Below, one piece after another: positions 14,097 through 29,000 of a DNA stretch of 64,000 bases. The stretch's first letter is position 1; every line of letters starts with the position of its first letter. The notes under the pieces were generated by a model. It searched no databases and was not told the DNA's origin. It worked only from the letters and a program-made list of their open reading frames with translations. Both the position numbers and the translations under genes were made by a program. The DNA is from Bugula neritina (taxonomy: Eukaryota > Animalia > Bryozoa). Location: NCBI GenBank assembly GCA_964035545.1, contig OZ037765.1, positions 10,116,698 through 10,180,697 on the forward strand. Reading direction: 5' to 3'.

Positions 14097-17000
14097 TTGT
14101 TGTACAAGTATAAGAGACAGATTATGAGGATCACAGCATCAATGAACAAGACAATAGAACTTGCAATAATCAGCCACCAAATCCATTCATAGTTATACCA
14201 GTCTAGCCAGACTCTGGTTGCAGAAACAAGTGACTAGAAACAGAAACAGTGCTTCAACATATTATATACACCAGTTGTATTTTCATCAATTTTATTAACA
14301 ATTATCTATATGTGCAAGCAGCCGTGGTCTAGGGGTTGGATCGCTGGCTTAGTAAACCCGAAGTCATGGGTTCGATCCCCAGTAAAGGCCATTGGTGATG
14401 TTAGGAAGAGCATCCAGTCATAATTGCTCCTGTGCCCATCTGAATAAGTCCTTTCCATCAGGGCTTTCTCACAGAGATAGTGACTATAACTTTTGATTTT
14501 TTATATGTGTGGGTGCAATATGTACATACAGGTTTCTGGCAAAGTGTACGAGCACCATTAAACCAACTTTTAAAAACTGAAAACGGAATCACTAGTAAAA
14601 TAATTATGTTAGAAATGGCAGGAGAAGAATAGCAAAACAAAACTATAGAGTATACATAATTTGAGCTTATTTACTTCAAAATATGCAGCTTGGCAGGATA
14701 ATTTTATTGTGGTCAGACTTTGCAAATGGCAGACTGCAATTATTTAGAGTAGCACACATTAAAAGCACGGCTAATTATCTGCCCCCTTCTGTTGATAAGA
14801 TCAACTTCGTGCATTGAGGGAGCAAACTTCACCTTAAATTATTATTGTTTACAAAGTCTTACTTCAGCTGTTGGACCTGAAAAAGTAACGCCATATTTTC
14901 TATAGAGCTCAGCCTGTTTCTCACTGTATGTGCTGTACAGTATACTGCTCACAGTGCTGGCATCCACCAAGTTACCGTCTTTATCCAACACATACATATA
15001 CACATCCGTCCTGCAATGAAAATTATCAACAGTTCTGTCATCAAATAAGAATATGAGGAAAAAGAGCTCAAGGTGTCTGCATAGAATTCCGCATTAAAAC
15101 TGTAGCCACTTAAAAATAGAAACACATTTTATACAAGCATAAAATATTTAGTTACAATAAACTTGGTGCCATGTCTACAAATGTTACAGGAAATTGGTTA
15201 AAGGTTGGAGCACCTTATAAAGTAATTGCTAGAAAAATAACCTACTTGCAAAAGAGCTATAAACTCTGTAATAATTAATGAGAAGATAACCATTCAGTTA
15301 GTTTCACAGTTGTTTATAATATTTTCTGTTATCAAAGATTCCTACTTTGATCGAATTATTTTGTTTGTTAATTAGTTAGTGCAGTGCAACTACAGTGTAG
15401 TTGAAACTTAAATTATTGTTTTAAAAAAAGCTGAATAATATTTTCTGTAAAAATGACTTTGAGAATTGCTCGAAATATGGTAAACTCAGAGCCTTACTTG
15501 TTCTGGTAAGACTGTTGGGTATAAGGATCTTCGTGAAAAGATAAACGCTGTAGATGAAATGTGTAACCTTCGTGTATCTCTTCTAATTCTCTATAAAACA
15601 GAGTGACTATATACAGCGTGTTAATAAACCACTACATGCCTGCAGTATATGTTTTAGAGTTTAAACAGTCATATTTAATGTTATGAGTCCGGAAAGTATA
15701 AAAAATTAAAGACTAATATTTACTATTAATTAGAGGTTTCTTATAAGACTCACGTGAAAAATTCTTCTATGAAGGTTTGAACTTCATCCGGTGACTGGTC
15801 TATTACTAGAATCAGCTGCTGTGTTGGATTATTTATGTATACCTACAGTATAGTATATAGTATAGGTATATTGGGTATAATATATAGTATAGGTATATAG
15901 TATGTAGTATAGGTATATAGTATATAGTAGAGGTATATAGTATATAGTATAGGTATATAGTATATAGTATAGGTATATAGTATATAGTATATAGTATAGG
16001 TATATAGTATATGGTATAGGTATATAGTATATAGTATAGGTATATAGTATAGGTATATACTATATACCTATACTGCATACTTTATACCTATAGTATGCAT
16101 TGGAATGATAACAATGTTTGTTTTTATACCGTGTTAAAGATTTAGTGACATTAGTGAAGAGTAAATTTAAAACAGGTTTATTTTATTCTATCAAACTTGA
16201 AAAATAGTTGAACATTCTAATTGAGACATGTTATACTTTATGACATTGCATACCTTCAAAAAGCAATAGTCAAGGCATCTGTGCTATATTAAATTATCAT
16301 TACTATATTAACATATTATTTCAAATATCTAATATCTACTATATACAATATAATATGTTTTGAACTCTAGATAAATCGTATTGTATAGTTTGTTTTTACC
16401 ATTCCAGAAGATGTTTAGAAATTACTATTTCACAATAATAATCTTTTGACAGCTTGTCATTATTAGCTAGAATTTTACAAAGTTTGCATAAATTTGAATC
16501 ACATCTAAAAAAAATTAATTTAGATCTAAAGAAGGTGTGTGCCTACCTAAATAACAACTGTAGGGTTGCATACCCCTTCTTTAGAATTAAACAACAAGGT
16601 CTATTAAAATTTAATGCTATCAAAGTATTTAAAGTTTATAAATTGTACACCTTTAACAGACCACATAGAGAGAGAGTTGTAAAGTAACAAAATTACTGTA
16701 GCCGTGTTATATAAGTAACTTTCACTTACTGTCAGCACTAGGTCTGCGCTGTCAGAAGATGTTCTAGCTCTGATTCTGATCTCAAACCTGGCACCAATCA
16801 TTTTTAAGTAAGATGGCAAAGTGGTAGTAACCTACAAACACATGAAACATGTTTATAGTTAAAAAACTAATTCATAATTTAAACAGAGATAGAAATCATC
16901 TCAACTGTTGAGCTACTTAGTCTAGCTTTCTACGCCATATTCATTATCAATAATAAATTTTGAATTATTTTTGTTTTAATTGTTTTATAAAATTGTAAGT

Positions 17001-20000
17001 TTCTTGCAGAGAGTAAAATTATTAAAAGAAATATTGAAAAATACAAATTAATATTACATAGCATTATGTTTTGATTAATGCAATTGATGATAATAGAAAC
17101 TGTAGAAATTCATTTGCACCACAAACCTTGCCAGTGAATCTGTTAATAACAAATGCAGATTCAATGGTCACATTATTTGACCCTTCGACAATTTCTAATC
17201 CCTTAATGTATTTTATACTCAGAATTTCATATGTGACACTGTTTAAGGAGGTAACATCTTGACCGTTGGCTTTGATTTGGATAATTTCTTGACCAGATCC
17301 AACATTCCCACCAACAACTATAAGAACAGATTTCAAACATTTAATTTATAAATAGTATGATGGTTTTATTTGGCAATGTGCAGATTTAATTTCCACACTG
17401 TAACAAACGAATTGAAACTAAATTACCAATTATGCATATTGCAAAATTTAAAACATTAAATTTTTAATATTAAGATTATCTGATCTGTTAATTAAACGTT
17501 ATTGTGTCACTGACTAGATATAATATAAGGCGCCGTTTTACATCTACAACCTACCAACAGAGATTTGAGTTCTTGTAAACTCTAACTTAAAATCATCTTT
17601 ATTCTTCACAACAATGACAACTTTCCATTGATCAGATCTAATATTAGCATTAATTCTACTCGTGCTAGCATTCACACATATGGTGTGCGTAGTAGATGTC
17701 TCGTAATCTAAAGTTCCCGGATCAACAGAGATCTCTCCAGTTTCAATATTTATTGAAAACCTTCCTGATTGTTTGGTTGTAGTACCATCCTCACCTGCAA
17801 ATATTAAACGTAATTCAACTACCTTCTTATGGCTGATATTTTCATGCTAAGCTTTATAGAGTCCATTTGTCAATAGTGCAAAATCATCAATGTAAAGGTA
17901 GACTCATCAATATTAGACTCAATTAATATTTTGGTAATTATGCAACATCTCTTCAGCAATACCACCAACAAAGCATTACAATATATTTTAATTAGACTTT
18001 GCAGTGCACTAACCTTTGAGTGCCAAAGGCATCAAGTAGTTATTACTAAGTAGAAATGTGGGCCACATGTGTGTAATATACCGCGCCCATTCACATATTA
18101 TAATTACTTCATTTATTTAATTTTGTAACCCTATTTGCCTGGGGCCTCAACATAATTGCATCAAAGCAGCACAATTACTTCAAGAAGCGAATTGACAGCA
18201 ACAACCAATTAGAACATACAACATAACAACTAAAACCATGTATCTACACTAAAGAGGCTAATTTGTAATCCAATAAAACTTATTAATAAAAGACAAAAAA
18301 CAGGAAGAATAAATTTTATTATTATATTATATAAACCATTTGGATAACATAACTTGATGATAATTTAATGTTAAGACTGTGGAAAATATGCAATTACTTA
18401 CACTCGACTATGTGATAGTATATTTTGCCATTGACTCCCTCATCTTCGTCACATGCCCTCACAGCACCGATTACCTTCTGATTGCCAGGTTCTCCCTCCT
18501 CCACCTCCAATCTCACGGGATACATCAACTACACAATGTACAGCATTTCACATTACATGAAATACACAATTTACAACACTTCAAGCACAACAAAATCTTG
18601 CAAATATTGGGAAATAAATTTGTACATATTAATATTTATCAAGCTAAGTATTACTTTAAATAGCTAAATGTTATCAAAACTTATGTGCAAATGCTTTACA
18701 TTTTGTTCATCATACAAACGACATCATTTTGACTAGCTTAAAAAATTATTCAAGGGAAAAAATGAAAAGAAACTGCAACAATGAGCTTTTTATAAATGCT
18801 TTACAGCAAAGACAGTTTTTCTTATTTTAATAACTAAACTAGTTCAATAGATACATACATCACAGTTGGAGAATTTAGGATCGTTATCATCAACATCGGC
18901 GAGTATGATTTGAAAGTACCGTGACAACTCTGTTGTGTTGGTGCGAGCGACCACAATTAGCTAAAAAGAAACGTTAATAGATACCGACAAGTATAAAATA
19001 AAACACATTGTGAATATACTATGCATAACTGACTTCGTTCTTTCACTATTACAGAAATTTGCAGATATTTCTAACAATCTAAAACACAAAAAAATAGTTA
19101 GCAAAGAGGACCTCAAAGTTCCCAACTTTTTAATGTATTTCATTTTGCTGAATAAAATTCAATTGATAATAGAATAATTATTTGCATGTTATTACACCAC
19201 CTAGATGTTATGCACCCATATAATTTAATTATAATAACATCAAGATAACAATTAAACCAGCTTTTATTCACTTTGTTTTTTAAAAATTGTTACTGCAACC
19301 ATTTATGTCTGTTAATGTTACATGTTAAATATACTAATTGCTAATTGAAATCCTAACTTGGGCAATTGGTTAGTTGCTAGGCTATGTTGCTATAGCATGT
19401 AATTTATTAGTGCAAGATCACTTAGCAATTAAAAACAAAAGTTAGTTTTTAAACTAGCAATTGGGACTGTAATGACTGCAGGGCAACGGAAGTAAAAATA
19501 TAACTGCTATTATATATTCAAATCAAGATTACATTGCATAAACTTCACTATTTTTATATTTGTTCAATATTTGCTTTTCTCTTTAAATAATCAAATACTT
19601 GTAAAAGGAAGTATAGTAGCTCACTGAACTATAGCTGCCTAGTTAGTAAAACATTAACTTTCTAAAAAGATATATGAATGATAATGTAATACATGAGCTT
19701 ATAAAAATAATAATAGTATATACCGAAATGACTGCAACTAACAATTCATAAAACAAAACTTTTTATTGAAATAGAGATTGAAAAAAGTAAACTGCTTTAA
19801 AAACTTGGGCAACAGAGAAGTAATGCAGGTATCAACTAAGATTAAAACTCAAATATACATATTTACAAAGCCCAGATGTTTACAACTTCAAGATACTGTT
19901 TGAGTCACAAACACGTGTAATTTACCTGATAGGTGTTTTTCAGCTCTCGATCAAGATCATTGACTACATAAATTCTTCCTGTTCTTTCGTCTATGTCAAA

Positions 20001-23000
20001 ATAGAAAATATCTGTCGTATTGGCCAAGCTGTAGGTTAAACCTTCCAATATTTTGTTGTCTGCAGAACGCACTTCAACTTGTAATACTGTTGAATCAAAG
20101 TCCGATCCCTACGAAAACACATTGTAAACATACGTGTATAGAGCTTGTTGGTCTATTGCTTCATATGTTTAAGAGTTACGATAAAAAGTTTCTAAACAAT
20201 AACGCAAAATATAATATTTTCAAGTAAACTTGGTTATATAAATACAGTTGAAAGAATCAATTTCCAACTATATCTGTATAACTAAAGCTAGCCGAGAAGG
20301 GAAAATCTATTATGTTAGAGTTATCTATAACAGTTGTGAACACAATTTGAAGGAAATATCAAAATTTTTAATGAAAAATTCATGTATGTCCCTACATGAA
20401 CTTTTACCTCTGGAATTGTGTATGTATATCCCTCATTGGGAGGTTGAACAAAGATTGGGAGATTAGATTGTTGAGAACTTATGACTATGATATTGACAGG
20501 GCAGACAACTTCTCTGTAAGGTGCTGTAGAGTCTCTTGCAACCACAGTTAGAGAGTATTTACTTTGCTCTCGTTGAGTTAAAGACTGCGCAGCAGAGATT
20601 ACTCCTGTCTGCTGATCCACCGCAAACTCAGCAGCTGTTGGTAAACAAAATTCGTGTTTCTATTACATGAGTAAGAACAAAACATTGCAATCTGAGACAA
20701 AAATAAATATAATATACGTTATACTAAATTGTCAATAAATAATACTTCTACTATACTGATAGAGGTGATACAGTGCACATACCTCCATTACTAATGTAAT
20801 ATTGCACAGAGTCTCCCACATCTTCATCAGTAGCCACCACTTGCCCAAACCCCCTCCCCACTACGATAGCCTTGGGTACAAAGAAAGTAAATACATCCTC
20901 AGCACACACAGGATAGAATTCATTAGCCGTATCCACATGAATGACAACCTGAAGAAAACACAGCAAAAACTGAGAATTTCTAATTTAGTTTTCTATAAAC
21001 ATAAATTTCAACAAGTGACAACATTATTTCAGTACGCAAAATAGGCATTATCTTTAGTATTACAACAACTCAAGGATATCAAAAGTAACAACCAAATAAT
21101 AAAAAACAAAACCAAGACAGCTCGTCTGATATTTCTAGTTTTTCTGTAAGGTAGTTTTTGATGCACAACTAATTTCACAGCGTCTTATGTTGGAGAAGTT
21201 CACAGGGTGATGAATCTTACAGGGACTGAGGCTTTGTATCCAGTCTGTGATCTGCTGTCAGATACTTCAACCTGCACTTCATACTTTCTAGTAACTTCCG
21301 CATCTATCACGACATTCTCTCTAACAAATATGCTACCCTGGAGAACAAACCAGTCATATTTACACTTCAACAAAGTAAACAACTCTTGTTATATTAGCAT
21401 TATATAGCTTATGAAAGTACCAAATAATAAAAGTATAATAGGAAGAAAAAACTGTGTGCAGAGAAATTAATATTTGAAAACAAAAAAGGTTATCCCAGCG
21501 ATGTTAATAATATATGCTAACTCTACCTTAAGTTTGTACGTTAAAGACTTAAACCCATCAACTCAAAATTTTCTCAAATTAATATAATGGATGTATATAG
21601 AAACAGACATACCTGGTTATTGATGTAGAACAAATTATTGTAACGCCCGACTAGCTGATATACAAGTTCTGTACCCTCATCTCTGTCAGTAACAAAAACA
21701 GACCCTACTCTTTGATTAGTAACAAAAGTACCCTCAGTCACGGAGAATGTATACATCTAAAAAGGAAATACAAATATACCTAATATACTGTAAAGATATA
21801 AATGCAGGGGAGCAGTACACGGGCTATAAATAGAAACGTACCTGTTCACTAAACGCAGGGGGATTGTCATTGACATTAGTAACAATAATCTCTAGTGTGG
21901 CAGAAGATACTTGACCAGTAGATGTCATTGCATCAACTATTATCCGTTTAGTTTTGCTAACAAGCTGTTCATAGTCTAGAGCGTGATTTAAATATACTTC
22001 ACCTGCACAAAATAAGCAGTCTTTGTAAATAAGAATATTGCAATCAATTTTTTAGAGCAAAACAATTAAATCTAAAATCAGATTATTAAACATCATATGT
22101 CTAGATTCAAAAGTTACAATTAATTAAGAGGCCTTTGAAGAATCTGAAAATCAGCCTACAAAGTGTTAGATGCTATAAGAAATGAGAAAAAGCCAGTTGT
22201 ACAGCGCACTTTTGCCAGCTTTAATGAGATACAATATTGATACCTATCAGAGCAGCTGAAACTGTATTGTGTCAGAATTGCAAGTTTCATAGTATGATGT
22301 CATTAAATTCAACTACAATAACTAATGGAAAGTTTTTGTAGATTTCCAAGCATATATAGATATAAAAACTATGCACATGTATTTCATTAGTATACTACTG
22401 GATTTAATATTAAAATTTAAGACACATCTTTATGAAAAGCTAATCTGTGATGAAAAAAAATTGCAACACAAACATCAAAGTGCAGCTAAAATAAATTAAT
22501 TTTTTGTTTTGTTGTAACATCATTGCTGTCATAAGCTAACAAGACTCACCATTTAGGCGTACTGTAAACATATTATCCGGGTCACCAGTTACTTCTGTAA
22601 AACGAGTGACCTTGGCACCACTAACGCTGTCTACAGCTATTAGACTAACAATTAAACCCACTTGTCCTTCTGCTACTGTAACTCTAATTCTCTGATCACT
22701 TGCAGTCCACGGATCATTGAGGAACAGTGGCACCCCAACCCCAACCTGTCTTATATTAACTTCGACTCTAGCTACAAAGTATAGCAATACACAGCAATTT
22801 AAGACAAGTTATTGCTGATTATAAGAAAATGAATGACAAAAAATTATGCTCAAAAATAGAAGTGTAAAATTTCATAGCATAGATGCACTCAATGTATAAC
22901 TATTGCTTTTTATATTATTCCTTAGAGTATTATCTCACCTGAACTCTCCTGAAGCTCTGATGAGTCACCATTGATGTCTACAACCACTATATGAAAGCTA

Positions 23001-26000
23001 ATGAACGCAACGACCTCTCTGTTGAATGATAGCCTTGTCACAATCTCTCCGCTCTTTTCGTTTACTGAGAAACCATTCTGCAAAATTGAAATCGAAATTT
23101 AGAAAATTAAAATCATGCAGACTGATAAGTATTTAATAGAGTAACAAACATACTTTAAAGTTGTAATCCGATGTTGATGTCACAGGTCTGTTGAAGGAAT
23201 CCCTGGCTTCATAACTGCTAGAGTCAATACTAAATCTGAGTTCGCTGTCCTCATCCAAGTCGTACGCATTTACTTGAAGTACTTTAGAACCAACTGGGTC
23301 ATCTGCAACAGCAGCAACAATCAGTTTATTTCAAAGGTAAAAAGCAACATTAGAATACATATTACTAGACGCATGTGTCTCATACATCATACCTTCATTC
23401 ATATACTGGATATACAGCTGGTTGGAGAACTGGGGAAGTCTGTTGTTAACATCACTTAGAGTTATATTAACAAAAGTAGTGGCAGATCGTGTGGGCACGC
23501 CTCTATCTTCGGCTTTAATCTGTAAAATTCATATGTTACACAGAAGCTGCCCCGCTCTTAGCCTAGGGCCACACGGTGCGTATTTTCGCATGCGAAAATT
23601 GAAATCACAAGTAGCAAAGGTGTCCACTGTACGCGTTGAGAAAACATTCGCACTTGTCGCTCTGCATTTTCAACGCAAGTGCGAATCGTCTCTGTCGTCG
23701 TCACCTAATTGGCTGGTAGTTATTCAGCGAGCCCAATTTCTTTACTTTAGTGCTACATTCCAGTAAATTGCGTTTTATTGAAAGCGAGTGCGATTTAAAA
23801 ATGAATGCTTTATTTATCACGCATCACTGACGCTACAGTGGACACCTTTGCTACTCGTGATTTCAATTTTCGCATGCGAAAATACGCACAGTGTGGCCCT
23901 AGGCTTAGTATGAGCAAAGATATCAGGGTAATTTTTATACTAAATTCTTTGTGACATGCCTCGCAACTATAACCACATCAGCATTTTAGTTTTGAGAGTA
24001 TAAAATACTTTAGATCTTCAAAAAAGAAATAAATAGTCTCTATAAAAACACATTATGTTTAATTATGACCAACTACCATATTGAAGACTTAGACAATAAT
24101 GCTACAACTTTAGAATACTAACCAGAAAGCTACAAAAGGAGAGGGGAAACTAATAACCAAACCTGGAGAACAAACATGTTCTGAACATCATAGTTGAGTT
24201 CTGCCTTCACACTCAGTTCACCAGTATTAGGATTTAGGGCAAATTTTCCGGATTCGTCTCCACTTAGTATGCTATATATAACAATGCCGCCATCTTCGTC
24301 ATCACCGTCATCATCAGTGGCCGTGATCTCTAAGATAACCTCGCCTAATAACACAGAATAAGGTTCAAAAACAAACCCTATCAATAAAATACGAATTATT
24401 TACTCGCATAATTTCGAAAATGATAAATGACAATACTTATTAACAAAGCATTGTAAGCTTCTAAAGAGTGTTATTTTTATTTTTAGCAATTATCATCTCG
24501 TAATGGTAAAACTTATAATTGAGCTTAAAATGCAGACATTTTGGGTTATGATTGACTAACAACAGAGTTGTATTGAATAAACTATGAATGATGCATACAT
24601 ATACATGTATAATAAAAAAATAAGACTTGAGCAACTGATGAAAGTTTTTGTTAAAGAAAGTTGAGAATAGAGTACAGTTTAACATGAAGCCACAATATTT
24701 GCAAATAACTAATTGCATTGAATTTATGCTTTGAATTGATTTCTATATAGAAGCAAAACTACAACCTGTTATTGCCAAGCTAAAATATATTACCAACTCT
24801 AGTCTACATGCTTGATCCTGTCACATCTCAAAGAAGTAATACACAGTTATCATATCTTGGGAAAAAGTGCAAATGACATTATAACATGTCGACCTTTAAT
24901 GTACGGCATAATAATGCTATAAGTTATAAGTTATAACAGAATTTTAAGTATTTTTCAGCATTTGTAGTCAAAGTACACTAAACGCATTATATTACAAATA
25001 GAAATTTGCAGACTGTAAATAGTCTGAGAAACTTTCTACAAGTACAAAATGTTCAATATTTACCCACTGCTGTAGTTTCCGGAATAATTTTAGCATAGTT
25101 GTCTCTAAGGAATCTAGGTTTATAATCGTTATAGTCCTACAACAAACAAAATGTTGAAAAGTTTCTATTTACACTACACACAATTGTTCACAAATATACA
25201 TTTGGGCAGGGTAAAATCACTGCATAACAATAAAAATATACCAATCTAGAAAGCAAGTAAAGCTATGCGCAAAATTTTTATTATCATCTCATTTCAATTC
25301 ACTCCTTCACTCAAATTTTATAACATTTTAAAAATAAATAATTCACTTCAGAGTAAATCTATTGCAAAATTTTGAAATATTCAAGTTGAAATATCTATTA
25401 AAAGTTGCATATTAAGAGAATCAAAACATGTCTACATATCTCTGTGATTACAGAGAACTAACATCAGGTCACGGAAAAGAAGGTGGGTCTGGTAACAAAT
25501 TTCTGTTTCATAACAATGCACTTTCTGTATTGCAATGCAATTTAATATCTAAAAACAATATGATCTTGCAAGAGAGAAGATGAATCCACTAGTATTGAGT
25601 TACAACTTTCCTTACCAACAAATCTATGTACACATGAGCTGTATCATTCAATCTCCCATCCGATACCATTATTGTTAAATCAAACTGTCGGCCATCTTGC
25701 TTACTCAGAGCTCGTCTTAGTGTCAGCTGACCGTTAGTAGGGTGTAATTGGAATGCGTCATCTTCAGTATTACCAGCCATAATAGTGAATACAATTGACC
25801 TGGAGTCTGGATCTGTAGCCTGCAGTATAACAGTCATTACAATGACAATATGGCTGACAGAAGCCATAACAGTCAAGTATAATGCGCAGAAAATTATTTT
25901 GTGGTGAGTGTATAACATCTGCAATATTCGTGACTTTGAATTCGAATAAAAATGCTCAAGTTGTTAGCTACATGGCCAAAATTATTTTCTTATTCAGATG

Positions 26001-29000
26001 TATTTTGGTTTAGTGCTGAACATCTTACAAGATCAAAATTTTTGTCCTAGTTTTTTATTTAAAGTACAGGTTTTGTTTTTTTCAACTTTTTCAACTTGCA
26101 CTTTTCTGTAAACTTCATGTACATCAGAGGTGCATCACCTAAATCACTGAATGTCATTTAGTGAAAAAAATAAGAACAGAAGTTATTATTATCAACATTC
26201 AATTAAAAGTCCAAAAACCATCTTATTTTGTGAAACCTACCTAAAATATTCAACGTTGAATACTACACAAATACAATTGATGATCAGAAAATATAATAGT
26301 GTGAAGTAATTAAGTTGCAAAAATAATAGACTATAATATATAGTGGGGGTGCCAACATGCAAAAATGGGCGGGTGGAGCACATCAATACTAACCTTTGTT
26401 GCTATATATCACTGCAAAGCCAACATTCTACTGATCTCAGATCTGCAAGTACCTTTTTTGTATCTGGGGGGGTTCTCTCGTGAGAGGGGTGGATATACAG
26501 GGGTTCAGCATTTTTCAAGGGGCGACTATGGAACTCTAAATATTTAATTTTCTGAGTAGTTTAAGTTTGACATTAAAAATATTTTCAAGGAATGTTGTAC
26601 ACATATGAAACTTTCTCTAACAAAAGTTTTGACCAAAAACAAAAAAAGTGGGCGGAGCCTATAATATGACAAACTACTTTTTTGCATATACCGGATATTC
26701 TCTAAACTGCTACTTTTCTGTTCTAGCATTTAGAATGTTGATTTTTGGTATGGAAATACTCTATTGTGTTCTAATAATGCTCTCCGGTTTTCATTACATT
26801 CTGAACTATATAACATCTTTCCCAACCATGACAAATAAAAAACATAAAACGGGAGTTATCTCCTCCGTTATAAATTATTGCATTTCTACCCAATAATATT
26901 GCTCTTTGTTGATAGGAACAACATCAGCATGATAAAAATGTATTCTTAGTGTATTTATATTAGCTTATTGACTTATTTTGAATAATTTATTACGATCAAT
27001 ACTATTAAGTATTAATATTCAATATTTACTGTATAAATTGAGTGTCAGCAATAATTAACAGACCACTAATATTCGATTTTTTTATCCATAAGTATAGTAA
27101 CATAAAATATGGTTCATAAAAAAGTAATATTATGATTTCAGCATCACAAGCAATTACTATGCTCTTTTATATCAGATATTGGTAGACATTTGTAATTGTA
27201 TTTATTTATAAATAAGATAGTATTTAAAATTTTAATTTACAATAGATCAAGCTTTATTACAAAGTTTTGTTATCTCTAGCGTTTATATACCAAATTAAAT
27301 ATATTATAATTCTTCATCAGAACTGTGTTTGTTGCCATCATCATCATAATCAGGCTCTTTGTTTGAAAAAGAAGACTGGCCACTTTTGTTGTTGCAATCG
27401 AAACATTCACAAACAACCACAGCATTTCATCATCAGGCGCTTACATTTGCATGCTTTACTCTTACAGCCGGCTTTTTTGCATTTACATGCTCTTAAAATC
27501 ACATCTGCGTTGCTCTCAAAATCATATTTTATTGGGGTCAAGTTAGTATCCCAACTATGGTCAAAAATTTGCTGATGAAGTAAAATAGGTGTAAAAGCAA
27601 GTTGCCAAAGTGTAACTTGATAATTGGCTCGTTTCACGTGATGTTCTAGATAATTCCTACTAGGTGGTAGCTGTGCTTCACTGGAGACATTTTTTAAAGC
27701 CAATATTTTATATCTTGCTTTAGTGATATCATCATAGGCACCATATAGGTTGGAGACAAATCATTCACACTCTAAGTATGTTTCTTCTGATACTGGGGGA
27801 CCAATCATCAGAACCTAAAGACAGATTATAGCTTTCTTTTTCAAGTACCTCCAGAGCACGCTTTTTAGATATTCGGGAGATAGAACTTACTGAGTCACAA
27901 CCTGTAAGTGCATGGAGTGATAACAGATTCTTGAGAATTTTTTGTAGATTTTTTTGGCTGATTCAAAAAGAGATATATATCTTCTGTGACTCCCCATTCC
28001 AACGAAGATTACTACATCTTTTATTAGCCTGCTCAGTTAAAACATTACTAAGATGATGTTAAACGCAATAATAGCAACATCGGTATCTACTGATCTTATT
28101 ACTACCAAATCGTAATCACTCAGTGCATCAGCTGCGTGAAGGATTAATCTCGTGTCTGCTTCATCATGATTGGATTTCAATTTGTTACAATTTTAGCGAT
28201 AATGGTTTTGCAGAACACAGACTTCTTTGGCGCTATACACACTAAAAATGTACCAGCTGGAATTTTCTCAATATGTCTACTCCATGCACCTTCACTATGT
28301 AATCTACAAACTCATGTTTGTTGTGAATATTGCTCAGAAAAGCACTCCAGTTTTTAGGAACAGGCAGGTTGTTATGAATAATGGAAATAGAGCACATCTA
28401 TTGGGCACCCCGTCTAATACGCTCTTGTGCTTTATTTGATGTTTCAGAATACACGTCAAACACTACATCAATCTTTGTATATCCTTTGCCACATTCAAGA
28501 AATATTTCCAACATCTTCAGAGCATAGCTATAAAAAGTGCCTAATGTTTTTGTCGAGTGAAGTATGCACATACCATCAATAATGATCGATTTGTTGGTGG
28601 ACAGTTGACTATCATCATTGGAGACCCTGTTTCCAAAATATTTCTGTTACAAAATATGCAATTTGCATGTTTTTCTCATCTGTCCATTTTCAGTAAATAG
28701 AGCAAGAGGAATGGGACCAATTTCTTTCTCTAGAACTGTATGCAAATCTTTGTATTTTTGGCACTTATGAGAAGTTTAGCAAATGATATTTTAGGAACAT
28801 TTGGTTTAATGGCCGGTTGAAGTGATTTAGCCACAAAGTCAAAGGAAGGGATTTTAAGCCGGTGAATAGCAGTGTAAAATGGTTTTATTGTAATCAAAAG
28901 TCTATCTTGAAAAAACTTTTGAACCATTTCTCCTCCCTGAGCCATAGCAGTCACTATTGACAAGGAGGTCTCCGCATCGGGACTTACTCCAGTAGCAATA

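Noticed and set aside
14318-14392. Functional tRNA-Thr gene
   Set aside because: Acceptor and anticodon stems do not pair properly, and a SINE-like body follows instead of a terminator.
15833-16078. 81-aa Tyr/Ile-rich ORF
   Set aside because: It is a translation of the tandem repeat.
26365-27575. Short ORFs in the left arm and their mirror copies at 30956-31487
   Set aside because: No protein-like features; they appear twice only because of the inverted duplication.
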